NCBI RefSeq assembly: GCF_031769215.1
Contig: NW_026782340.1
Coordinates: 248,001 to 312,000, forward strand
Source: Ylistrum balloti
Lineage: Eukaryota
Length of the DNA: 64,000 nt
Direction of reading: 5' to 3'
A program made the translations under genes and the position numbers. The notes under the pieces are model-generated. The model made no database searches and was not told the origin of the DNA. It worked only from the letters and a program-made list of their open reading frames with translations. Of this stretch, positions 12,701 to 23,792 are shown one piece after another (the first letter of the stretch is position 1; the number at the start of each line of letters is the position of its first letter).

Positions 12701-12868
12701 CACCTATTTAATTCTAATATTGCATTGTTGCAGAGAATAAAGAGCTTAATTCATCCACCTGTATCATGGGGACCAAAATGTGTGGAGGCGAGACAAACTT
12801 ACAAAATGTTGAAATACAGTAAAAGTATTTGGCGGAATATGAAGACAAACCTATCTGGAACGCGATGA
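237..12868 (+). CDS. SLC6 (NSS) Na+-dependent transporter gene, glycine/amino-acid transporter-like; 11 exons, 5' exons (TM1-2) outside the window
   Basis: Exons 237-531, 2206-2338, 3308-3442, 4743-4846, 5278-5402, 5964-6076, 8343-8474, 9263-9362, 10200-10300, 11641-11808, 12734-12868 all have AG/GT boundaries with compatible phases (1541 nt, stop at 12868). SLC6 motifs: WSTCDNSWN (EL2), [48 protein letters not shown]. Confidence 0.95.
1985..2130. repeat. Degenerate ~21-22 bp minisatellite
   Basis: About 6-7 units resembling tcgtgcgcacgagttattt, whose core tcgtgcgcacga is palindromic. Confidence 0.7.
2206..2338 (+). CDS. SLC6 exon: end of EL2 and TM4
   Basis: tacag| acceptor, AAG|gtaaac donor; [24 protein letters not shown]...KGVKSVGK. 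Confidence 0.93.
3308..3442 (+). CDS. SLC6 exon: TM5
   Basis: 135 nt, phase 0/0; [41 protein letters not shown]. Confidence 0.93.
3716..3860 (+). repeat. Dispersed repeat family, copy 1
   Basis: atgaacaaaagtat...aagaccgggtgtttcggaagagtaagcgtcttc...ggtcaatccaagtaag matches copies at 48900-49030 (+), 56892-56990 (-), 50242-50276 (-) and weakly 30940-31020. Confidence 0.75.
4743..4846 (+). CDS. SLC6 exon: TM6
   Basis: 104 nt; [31 protein letters not shown]; not in the ORF track because it is short. Confidence 0.93.
5278..5402 (+). CDS. SLC6 exon: TM7
   Basis: 125 nt; [28 protein letters not shown]...VAES. Confidence 0.93.
5964..6076 (+). CDS. SLC6 exon: EL4 and TM8 start
   Basis: 113 nt; [38 protein letters not shown]. 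Confidence 0.93.
6240..6785 (+). mobile_element. SINE-like or retroposon remnant ending in a (CAC)n(CAT)n(AAT)n microsatellite
   Basis: Core gtgtggactgtcccatctcgcacgtaaaa...agagtagagggg resembles invertebrate SINE central domains; 3' acgtaaaa is followed directly by the trinucleotide tail (6680-6785). Confidence 0.5.
6813..7089. mobile_element. TGT...ACA-bounded repeat carrying a tRNA-like pol III promoter
   Basis: A-box tagctcagtaggtag (~7011) and B-box ggttcgaaccc (~7047) inside; ends ctcctgtaaca; no clear target-site duplication. Confidence 0.5.
7354..7709. repeat. Tandem repeat, ~140-155 bp unit, about 2.4 copies
   Basis: acacattttt...ttttaattcaaaatggaaa(c/t)atatttc occurs three times; ttaactttgtgcttttgg...gagagttctgactg...gacaggcta occurs twice. 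Confidence 0.85.
8343..8474 (+). CDS. SLC6 exon: TM8 end and TM9
   Basis: 132 nt; [16 protein letters not shown]...IILATQ; ag| and |gtaggt boundaries. Confidence 0.92.
9263..9362 (+). CDS. SLC6 exon: TM10
   Basis: 100 nt; [33 protein letters not shown]. Confidence 0.93.
10200..10300 (+). CDS. SLC6 exon: IL5 and TM11
   Basis: 101 nt; [14 protein letters not shown]...[10 protein letters not shown]. Confidence 0.92.
10646..10830 (+). mobile_element. tRNA-derived SINE
   Basis: B-box ggttcgattccc (10700-10711) followed by the core gtaggtttccacgg...atttcctcccaca typical of invertebrate SINEs. Confidence 0.75.
11641..11808 (+). CDS. SLC6 exon: TM12
   Basis: 168 nt; ...[26 protein letters not shown]...PGTFTQ. 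Confidence 0.9.
12734..12868 (+). CDS. SLC6 last coding exon
   Basis: ttgcag| acceptor; [14 protein letters not shown]...SGTR-stop, a typical SLC6 C-terminal R-x-x-x-L-x-x-P-x-x-x-WGP motif. Confidence 0.9.
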   Translation, partial: RIKSLIHPPVSWGPKCVEARQTYKMLKYSKSIWRNMKTNLSGTR

Positions 12869-13342
12869 TTTTGTTTTGAAAATCTTTAAACTTCGATATC
12901 TTTTATTGAGCTTGATCAGAAAGTTTGTTGCAAAACAATCGATTGATTAGAATTTTTTTACACAGAAATACAGAACGAGTCATCAGAATGTTTTGTTGTT
13001 TTTTCGTCATTATAAACATTAGTCTTCTCTGATTGGTAATATTGAGATACAATGCATTGTGCAACGGCTGTTAGCTCGACATTGCTTTTTGGAAAAAATA
13101 ATTACAGAAAAATGACTTTACACAAAGTCGTGAGAAATTTAAGAAAAAAAAGAAAGATAATCTTTCTATGATGTTATGATTTTCCTCTTTCTTGGACGTA
13201 ATACCTTTGCTTCTTATATGTTTTGGTAGATTGATAAAACTGTCATAATGATTCATAAATTATGCACACTAAATGCAGACAAGCTAAACGAAGGTTGAAG
13301 AGGATTTTGGGGAAGTGTATGATTGCAATGCTTTAAATTGTA

Positions 13343-13633
13343 AGGAAGTCTGCTCGTGCCACTAGTGAATTTTATTATGTTGCGGCTGTCATTAAATCTA
13401 TCTGACGGTCGCCACTAACTTATCAGATGGCCACCAGTTAATTAATCTGGTAACCGTCACTAGCTTATCAGGTGACCACCATTTCGTTTTCTGACGGTTG
13501 CTACTAACTTATCTGGTGGCCACCATTTCGTTTTCTGACGGCCGTCACTATCTTATCAAGTGTGGTCGCCAGAAAATTTAGTTGCGATCGGCAGAAAATT
13601 TTATCTTTCACTACTGGCACTACCAGGCTTCCG
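13343..13633. mobile_element. MITE with ~27-bp TIRs, TA flanks and an internal ~43-bp tandem array
   Basis: Left ta|aggaagtctgctcgtgccactagtgaa versus right reverse complement ta|cggaagcctggtagtgccagtagtgaa; internal repeats of ctgacgg...actaacttatc...ggccacca. Confidence 0.75.
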
Positions 13634-14899
13634 TAAAATTGTACTTATTACTATGATTCGTCGTTTTTTGTCACTAACACTATTTCAACTTAAAGGACAT
13701 GGTACTACAGGGATTTTCAATTTTTTTGCATAGAGATCATGCTGCCGACAAATATATAAACTTCTACTATCTTCTTACAATTTCTCTATCTAGTGATGCA
13801 ACTCATGTAAAACAATACAAATATCCTGACCATGAATATGAATTTAGATAACAGTTTGATATCTAGTTTCAAGGCATGTAGTTAATCTATTTATGGTTAA
13901 TGTTTATGTCCGTCAATTGATATGTCGTTGAAAAAGAAATAAGAATTTGCCATAATCCTTAAATGGATACTTAGATATACAGTTATGTAAATCCTCTATC
14001 TCATCTGATTTTATATCATTGTGTTGCCAAGGTATCTGATACATTTGAAAATAGGAAATGGAAAGATATCTTGCAAATATTTTCTTACATGTCTTTTACG
14101 TTAAACCTCCAATTCGTTGTTGACATAAAAACATAAAAAAATATCGCGACGAGCTATGCTTACAGGCTGACAAACATGTCTAGAAAATAAGAAAATAAAT
14201 ATCGATAAAATTGCACTATAACATACCGTTAAAAGCAAAACACAACGTGTAAACAATCATCGATCCAAAGATTCATACAGAAGCGAGTACGAAAACTAAT
14301 GCACAAAATGCCAAATAATAGAATGTATGTTCAAAACATGGTGTTCATCATACCTTGCCAAAAGGGAAACTTAGGCGGAAAATCTGTTTTGTTTTCAACC
14401 TTGTGAGGAAAACATCCCTATGTTATATCCATTCTTATACTCTATTGGATGATGCCGGATACTGCTGAGCTGATAACATGTGGACTATTATCATTACTGA
14501 CTGGTCTTTTTCTGAAAGTGTGGTTAGGGGTTTAACCACAGAAGAAAGTGGAATGTCGGGCTAGCATTGTTAATTATTCTCATTTACCAGTTTTAACGCG
14601 CAAGAAAAAAACTTAAGGAATGATTTGCTTGTTTTTACGCATATAACAGAGATTAGATCATGCATTTTGGTTTCTTATCGAGTATTAAAACACCAAATCC
14701 ATTATCTAAAATCCCCAGTTTATGCAAACAACACGTTTACTCTCCCCATTACAAAATAATTTGAGTCTAAGTGTAATGTAATTATCTCAATGTCAATGAA
14801 TGTCAACAAAAACTGAGACCTGCACTTTTGAAATTGTTACTGACATCATCTCGGCCATTCAAAAAGCTCCTTTCAACTATTGATGACGTAACGGCTTCG

Positions 14900-17800
14900 C
14901 TGACGTTCCAGTCAAGGTGTCAATAGATTCGGATCAGGATGAAGATGGACATTCATATGCCTGGATTTTCTGATCCATTAAGTCACTGCAGGTCTGACTA
15001 AACTGGTGGTGGGATATCTGCCTTTGTTAAAGATAATACCGCAGTCAAGCGAAAGAATGACCTAGAGCTACCTACCGTTTAGTGCGTCTAGCTTGAACTA
15101 GTCCTTGGGAGGGATACGATGCTGTACGATACATTCTATAGACCACCAAATAACTTGGTCATACATTTCCCAATCTATTGACAATGCTCTCAATACTGGT
15201 ATGCCGAACATAATGATCACTGACGATTGCAATGCTTACCTGTTAATAAACTAGCAGTCTACTCACTTACGTAACCTGCTTATTTCTTTTAATATAACAC
15301 AACTTGTAGAAGATCCAACGTTTTACACTGTAGCTTCTTATTCACTACTCGATAATGTTTGCACTAGTAATGCCAATATAATCAATAAATTTATTGAAGG
15401 TGAGAGTTTTCTAGACCAACCCATCAGATACCACAGTCCAACTTTCTGTTCTATCAACATTGTTAAACCAGTGCAACAGTACTTCAAGTGTCATTTTTGG
15501 CTGTTTAAACATGGTAACTATTTGTCACTCAGAGAAAAACAGGTAATTTGGACTACCTACTTGATGTTGATAAACAAAATTCCGTGGTGAAAAACTTCAT
15601 TTCTACCTTACTTTATATCGCTAAATCTTGCATTCCGAATAAAGTCATAACCGTCAAATCTAACTTTCCTCCTTGGATGACTAATGAAATTTGTAAACTT
15701 ATCCGCAAACGCAAACGAGTACATAGGAGAGCCATATTTACCATAAATAACGCTCATTGGTTGTCTTTCCGGCACGTTCGAAATGTATGTGTTAACGCCA
15801 CCAAGAAGGCTAAAATTAAACATGTTGATATCTTATGAGGACAACTTAAGAAACCCTCTAATCTTAGTGCGAGGGACTGGTGGTAAACTGTTCGATTATT
15901 ATTGCCCAACTCCGGTAAATTTTGCATACCCTCTCTGATACACAATGATAATATAATCTCTGACGGTTTCAGAAAAGCTTGCCTGTTTAATATTTTTTCT
16001 GCGCTCAGGCAGACGTCGATGATTTTAAAATGAATCTCCCTTCTATTGACGATAAAACTAACGCACATTTACTAACATCAGATATAACAATCACTGATGT
16101 TCAAGACTCCATTCTAAATCTTGATTATTAAAAAGCTGTCGGTCTTGATCGTGTCAATACTCGTTTACTGAAAGAACCTCAGATATCCGTTGTTGTCCTG
16201 TAAGTTATCTTTTCAATAGATATATTAGCACCAGTGTTTTCCTACTGAATGGAAAATGGCTAATGTTACCCCAGTTTACAAGAAAGATAACAAGTCTATT
16301 CTTAGCAATAACGGGCCCATCTTTCGTTTATCAATAGTAGGAAAATTAATTGAACCACATCTTTAAAATATGTATATGACTTCATACTTACCCATTCCTT
16401 ATTATCACCTTTCCAGTCAGGTTTTAGGCATGGCGACTCACTAACCAAATTGTTTCTATCTATTATTAATGATATGTATTTTTCTCTTGACCAAGGCAAA
16501 GAAATATGAATGATCTTCTGCGATATTTCCAAAGCATTTGATCGTGTTTGGCACAAAGGTCTTCAGCGTAAATTATCCAGTTTCGGAAATCATTGTCCAC
16601 TTCTTTCATGGTTCGAGCTCTATCTTCTCAACAGGAAACAAAGAGTTGTTATTAATGGTAAACATTCTAATTGGTCCTATATTAAGGCCGGTGTGCCACA
16701 AGGCTCCATTCTTGGATCTCTTCTTTTTTATATTTGGCAATAATATTGTGGAAAACATCAATTCCATTGTTACATTATTTGAAGACGACACATCGCTGTA
16801 TGTTATTAATGATACACCTATGATAAGCGGAGATATCTTAAACCATGATCTTAAAAGGTCCACGAATGGTCACAAGGTAGGTTAGCGAACTTCAACCCTA
16901 CTAAAAACAGAAGCACTTCTAATCTGAAAGTCTGAAAACTGTCACTCCTAACCATGCACCACTAGCAATGCATAATGCTAACATTTCCGAAGTAACGTCT
17001 CACAAACACCTTGGCGTGTTTCTTTCTAATAATGGGAGTTGGAATATTCACATTAACTACTTACTTACAAAAGTTTCGCCAAAGTTAAATAGTTTACGGA
17101 AATTTAAGTTTATTTTAGACCTATCACGCTTCAAACCTTGTATATTTCTATTATTCGGCCAATGTTAAAATACGAAAACATTATCTTGGACAATCTCATC
17201 CAAGCACAATCTGATTTTCTGGAAAATGTCCAGTTAGATGCTGCACGCACTGTCACTGGTGCAACAAGACTAACAAGTAGATCCAAACTCTATGCAGAAA
17301 CTGGCTGGCTTTCACTTAACCGAAGACGCACACATCACAAGGTAATCCAATTTCACAAAATTGTTTATGGATAAGTACCTCAATACCTCAAAGATCTGCT
17401 TCCTGCACGTAACAATTGACACAGTCATAACACTAACACTGCCTATAGCGTCGTACAAGCTTATATGGAAAAGTCTTTCTTGCCTTCTGTAATTTGTCCA
17501 CGGAACATGCTGCCAAATCGTATAAAAGGTGAACCATCAAAAAGTAGACGAAAAAACATCTAAACAAGCCTAACATTGCTGCCGTTTTAGTATACAAGTA
17601 GCAGAATGGGTCAGATTCTCCACGCCAGACTACTAATTGAATACAGTTCCCTCAAATTCTACTTGTTTACGAAAAAAACAAAAACAAAAAAAAAAAACTC
17701 GCTAATAGTCCACTATGTCTATGCAATGATGGGAGCGAATCAAATAAACATTTTTTATTATATTGTCGTCACTTCCACCAACTGCGCGTACATATCTTTA

Positions 17801-17930
17801 GTGAGCTAATTTGCCAGATTTCAACGCTATTACTACTCGATGCAAGCGAGGAACGGTCGGTAGATGAAAACAATGGAATCTTCTCCTGTGTAAAAACTTT
17901 ATCGTAAGCTCCGAAAGATTTGATTAATGC
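14900..17930 (+). mobile_element. Decayed CR1/L2-group LINE ORF2 (APE endonuclease plus RT)
   Basis: Fragments: PGF..GGGISAFVKDN..KR.NDLE, FYRPPN, PWMTNEI, WKMANVTPVYKK, IFCDISKAFDRVWHKGL, GVPQGSILG, FEDDTSLY (FADD-like), HKHLGV, ILHARL, C-x-C...H...C; many stops and frameshifts. Confidence 0.9.
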
Positions 17931-20713
17931 TCTATCACTTTTGATTTGAATTCTGTAGTAATGCTATTAGACTTTTCACATTCTCGCAGCTTCTGCAGTT
18001 TACGTCTGCGTGCATTGATTTTCTAAATTTTTGTTTTTTCGGCATGACGGGAAACTCCTCTCCTTCCTCTTCAACCTACCACATCCGTTTCTTTTTCAAT
18101 TCTCCTCATTCCTAATTAGCCACAATTTAGCTGAGTCTAGACTGTTCACATCGTGTCTCGTCAAATTTAATGAGTTAATATCTTGAAGCGGATTAATGTA
18201 AGTGTTTCAACAGTTGTGTCCGTATCAAATGCATTTGATATGCTTTTTTATATGCTTTAATGGCTACTGTACACTGGTTATATAATGAAAGAATCGAATA
18301 AAGTTGATATCAAATTGATGTTAGTTTCTAGGATACATATCACAAAGTTGCCATGTCTACCTTTGAATGATTTAAAGGGTATTTGTTCACTGTAGATTGA
18401 CAAAACAACGGATACAGCGGAGATGCATCGACCTCAAGAGGAAATATGGCCACCCTCTTTGTGCCAGCGTCAAATATCACGAGTATGTCATGGAGTAGAT
18501 CCTGCAAATTATCCAATAAAAATGTGTTATGTAACTTTTGTTTCAAAATATTCACGATATCTTCAGTTCGTAATAAGAAATGACAGAAATGTGCAAACCC
18601 TCTGAGATAACGGGTACTTGTAAAATACAGAAAGAACGATTTGTAATAAACATAAATATAACAAAACAAAAAATTGTATAAAAAGAAAACAACCCGATCT
18701 AACTTTTGTATTTCATTTTATACCACTTCATAGTATAACATACATATGAACATACAAAATTCTCGAAACAAGTGCAAGCTATCGATTTAACGAAGATTGA
18801 TATGGAGACACTGCGTTTATACAAATGTTTGCAAGACGGTGAAAGCTGACAAACAATAGAACACTTCATTTTTCTTAGTTAAAAATTAAAATTTGATAAT
18901 TTTGGCGCATACGAAGGTGTCGATTACGTAAGTTGTAGACCTTTGTTATCCATTTCATATTAAAAAATATTGCAGTATCTTCCGTGAGTGATGATTTCAC
19001 GTTTAATTTTTTCATTTGGATAATGAAAAGAGCAAGAAAACTTCACGGCACGGGAAGAATACAATATATTGTCCGAACTCATACTATACTGTCGATACAT
19101 GGATAGATATAATATATCAGTATCTCTTTAATATGATAAGCGAACAAAAAAGACAAGAAATAAGTAAAAACCACGTATATGATGAATAAGCCCGGATTTT
19201 CCAGAAGAGTGCTGACTTCGTTAACGTTACCTGCCATAAAAATGTAGGTCACACAAAAAAAAAACGTCATGACGTCGGACTAATGACCGTCATTACATTC
19301 AAGGCACCACTCGAAACCTATGTAAGAGATTTCGGCAGCTGATGATGTCTACAGAAATATTAATTGAATTTGCAATATTCTCGAGGGACATTTGATTGCT
19401 ACTTTCGGGCAATTTCAAGTTTACAATGGTGTAATCAAAACGTCTATGCTGACCATACACCTAAGAGAAAAGTCACTTGCAAACTATCACAGTCGGTGTC
19501 TCAATTGCTTAAAGTTTGGAAAGTATTTACAATGATTTCTTATTATAGTAAATTACTGATAATGACTTATACTAGTATGTGAATATTTCGTACCAAACAT
19601 TCTTGGCAAGAGAGTTCAGATTTTTTCTCTCAAATTTGATTTTTTAAATCATATCATAACTGGAGAACATCAAGAGTGCCTGCAAGTTGTTTGAAGTTCC
19701 CATATTACGATATTAATTTTGATCTGAATAGCAGCTGGTTTAATAATTAACTTGAAAAGTTTTACCTTATGTTAAATTTTAATTGATTTGAAAAACCAAA
19801 CATGGATTCAATACATTGAGAAAAGAGTTTGATGTGCCCATAATGCAAAAACCTACTACATTTTTGACAGGTACTTGAACAGACGTAAATATGTCGAAAC
19901 AAAGAATACTTGAAAAAACAGAATAAATATACATTTGACTTCTGCTGCCTGTTAGAATGTTGTATTTACATAGTTTAGAGAAATAGGCAGATAGAAACGA
20001 AAACAACGTCGCTGATACAAAGTACAATGATCGTCACTTCAAACCAATCACTATTGGTATCAGCTTGAACAGATAAACTCGTTCCAATGTAAACTAAACG
20101 ACGTGTTACTGTATACATTTCCGAAATCACGTAAGGTCCTGACGTAGTATATTATACTGATTTATTTTAATATCAGATACTTCGAAATTGAAATGCCCCT
20201 TTTCAATTGGTGACTAATGCTTTGCATGTAAATATTCCCTGCATTTAGACTGTAAGATTACCGTTATGCTTGGTTCATGCTTCCCCCTGTATGCGGTTTA
20301 AGGGAACATTCATGTTAGCTAAATGTTTCGGTGTCTCTTTACAAAAGCACTTATCAAAGTCCTCTAGTGTTCTTTTCCATAACGAAGTTCTATGGTTCAT
20401 CAAATTTCATTTCTGTATATCAAAGGAATATTTACGATGAATCGTTCAAAAGACAAACATGTGAATGGAGTACATGGAAACAAATTGAGAAAACATAACA
20501 ATCACATTTTAACAACTATGTCAGGGAACGCCAGTGCCATATCTATCAGAACATTAAAACAGTAATCTACTGTGCTCCCTATGTTACAGAACTGGAGTTT
20601 GAATATATTTTCCCTGTGTTTAGGCTTATGTTAAACATGTCACAAATCACATCTTCAGATGATCATTGAGATATCATCACTTTAGCTTAATTGGTTTAAA
20701 ATCACATTCACAG

Positions 20714-20987
20714 GCATCGATGAGTGTTCAACATAACAAAGATAGTACAAACAAACCCAGTGCAGTATACAGGACCACCTGAAACATTAGAATATTTAGA
20801 TGTTACAGTATTCGACGCAATAAAATCCCCAAGGCTGCTCTACACACACCATACTTACCCATTCATTCCTAGAGCGGCAATGAAAGGACATCTGAAAGTC
20901 ATCTACGTTCTGAGGAATCCAAAGGAGGTTGGTTGTTCTTACTTCAGTTTCATGAGCAGATTCGAAACATTCGTATGCAGCGGGAAT
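20714..20987 (+). pseudogene. Isolated cytosolic sulfotransferase (SULT1-like) exon
   Basis: cacag| acceptor and |gtaaga donor; SPRLLYTH...KVIYVLRNPKEVGCSYF; in-frame TGA at 20721-20723 where the GTHW motif is expected; no partner exons found. Confidence 0.7.
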
Positions 20988-21599
20988 GTAAGATTCCAAA
21001 TTATATTGAAAAATGATTTAGTACTATTCAAGTATTGGATTATTGTAAAGTAACGTGTAGTTCAATTACTGATGTCTACAATGTACACTTGGCCTGACGT
21101 TAGGAACCATCCATACCTTATATTGAACTATATGCAGTAATTAAAAAACAGAAATTTACAAAATGGAAAATGCTGTATAATTTTGAAAACAGAAATACTG
21201 AAAAAGTTATTTCCAATGTTTAGAAAACGAGCCTTTTGATAAGTCATCAGATCACAAAAACATTTTACTTGATTACAAAGATTAACTAATCAACGAGTTA
21301 TGTTAAGTACAAAATTGTCAATATCGGGTATTGTATAGCTACCTCGCTTATAGTGTAATTCTGGTACCTGTCATCTCATATCATTGACCACTCATGAATA
21401 AATGCAGCCCGTAATTTTCAAATTGTCGATCCAGTGCATTGACGTTTTTCCGAGATAGAACCACATATGCCCAGCTGGGTCTATGTCTGGTGCCCTGGGG
21501 ATTTGGCATTGCCATCCATCAGGATAAGCCGATCTGCCAATGAATGGACATCGAAATGCGGAGTAACGAAAGGTCAAAAGATCTGATAACCGTATTTCT

Positions 21600-21900
21600 C
21601 TCATATCCCGCCATATTGGATAGAGTTTGCCCATGCAAGATAGCTATGTAAGAAAATTCTATCTTACATGGGCAAACACGTGCGCGAAGTAATCGGTGTG
21701 CAGGGGAGACAACTCTTACAGCGTCCGAAAATCCCTTGTACAAAAAATGACCGACAGCCATGTACCCGATACCTTGCAGGTTTATGTCACGGGTCATAAA
21801 AACACAAAGCCGCTGAATAATTACAGGACACTGAATGACAGACATAAGCACATGATTTCCAATATGTTGTCAAACATAAAAAGCTCCGAATTAATTCCAT
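21600..21900 (+). mobile_element. Crypton-type tyrosine recombinase relic (C-terminal catalytic region)
   Basis: NSYSVRKSLVQKM..VPDT.Q..VTGHKN...LNNYRTL matches the (H)SxRK...TGH...Y catalytic pattern; His replaced by Tyr; upstream frame broken. Confidence 0.7.
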
Positions 21901-22662
21901 CAAACCGAACACCATCCTCTGCCATTTCATCAACTTGAACAGTTACTAGGCCTACATCTGATGTCACAGTGTGTTTACCATCGTAATCACTACAAGAAAA
22001 CACGGTTAACACCAACAATCCTGTATCACAGAAACAATCTGAAACTCGCATCGAATCCTTGTTTGCTGGTTCTCACCTTGAAAATTGCCAAATCACAGTA
22101 AATATCACCACAAATGTTCCACCACCCAAACGTCGTCCAATCATGGTGATCGAGAGCGACAGCGACTCGGAATAGGAGATCGTGTGACGTCACGCCTTGA
22201 ATTTATGAATGGAATTACTTTGACTATGGTGACGTCATGTCATCGTTACAGTATTTTGAAAAAAAAAATGTTAAAACAGTAAAAAGATACATTGATATAT
22301 TTCTTAAAATGATCAAATATGTGATTTTGATGATAAAACTACATGTTGAATTATAAAAATCCGTTCCTTGTTGATTTCTTTGAAGTATTTGACGGAACAA
22401 TTTCTTTTCGCGGATGTTTACTTACACATACTATATAATCACACAGAGATCATTTTTGGTTTTTTTCATCTGCGAATAATATATTCATCCTGCAATATAC
22501 CGAAAAAATGGTTTGAAATTAGACAGTAAACTCAAAGTTTGCAAAATATGGGTATGATCGTTAAGAATATCAAGTTCGTTTTTTTTTATAAAAACCTCGG
22601 ATTAAAAAAATGAAAAAGAATGTCCTTTTCTCAAAATTTTGGTAAAGATATGAGAGAAAAAA

Positions 22663-22810
22663 ACTCTTTCATTATGTGTATGTAGGATAGGATATCCCAC
22701 CCTCGGGGTTACAAAATATGGTAAAACCCTCGGCAGAGTCTCGGGTTTCACCATATTTTGTGACCTTCGGGTGGGATATCCCTATCCTACATACACGCAT
22801 ATGAAAGAGT
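22663..22810. repeat. ~150-bp imperfect palindrome, probably part of the Crypton-like element
   Basis: actctttcat..gtgtatgtaggatag.gatatcccaccc..acaaaatatggt.aaacc pairs with its reverse complement across a short loop. Confidence 0.85.
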
Positions 22811-23723
22811 CTTATATTCTATCCATTTACAGTACAACCAAAGACATTAATGCAAACTTACTAAAAACATCCCAAACAGTAAAACCTCCACCACCAATGG
22901 CTTATGTGCCAAGAACGTGATTTTGATGATAGATCGTATTTCTTGGTCTCCAAACATGGACCCTACAGTCTGTCGGGCTAAGTAAGAAAACGGTTTCCAT
23001 AACATCACTGGATCTTTTGCCAAGATCTAATATTCCATGTCCGATGATCACTTGCGCATGCAAGCCTTAATTGTTTGTGCTTGCCAGTCAATAGAGGAAG
23101 TTTGAATGGTCGCCTGTAATCAAACGTCTGTTTGTTCCACTATCATCTAAGCATGTAGGTAGTGGTGAACGGGATTGGTGTTTCTTCTCTGCACAAAAGT
23201 CTTTGTTCTCTATTTCAAGTCTTTCGAGCACTGTCTGTCATGGGACGCACACCAACAGGCCCCATGTGGTTTAGACGCTGCATTTGGCATAGAAACAACA
23301 GAACAGATGACATTAAAAGGTGAAGCTACTTGCCCAGGTAACACATAGAATCATTGTAGAAACTTACCATCTTGCAGCATTTGTCAATATTCGACGTCCC
23401 TTTTGAAATACAGTATGAACACGTGTATCATTTACCAGCTATATGCGTTCGAACGCTGCTACTTTTTAATGAACTGAATGCATTATGTTATCTTATAGCA
23501 GCCTCTTCTCCACAATGTTAAGATCTGGGGGTTCAATTGTTCACTCATTCCATGGATTCTAACTAGTGATAAAGATGCGTTTCGGGTTATATGGTAGATG
23601 CCCTCTAAAGATAAAACCTAGCACTTCCATCTTTGTGGTTCATTGTTACAGATGGAATCTTAATTTATAAGCCATCAATACTGATAAAACAAGGACGAAA
23701 GGAAACACAAGTGAACAAACAAA

Positions 23724-23758
23724 CAAAAAAAACCAATAAAAAAAAAAAATTAAAACCA

Positions 23759-23791
<33 letters not shown>
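23724..23791 (+). repeat. Interrupted poly(A) tract, possible retroposon tail
   Basis: aaaaaaaccaataaaaaaaaaaattaaaaccaat followed by a long A run. Confidence 0.6.

Positions 23792-23792
<1 letters not shown>

Noticed and set aside
18340-18669. 109-aa minus-strand ORF or possible first SULT exon on +
   Set aside because: No recognisable motif on -; the + strand resemblance needs several stops and frameshifts and lacks the PKSG motif.
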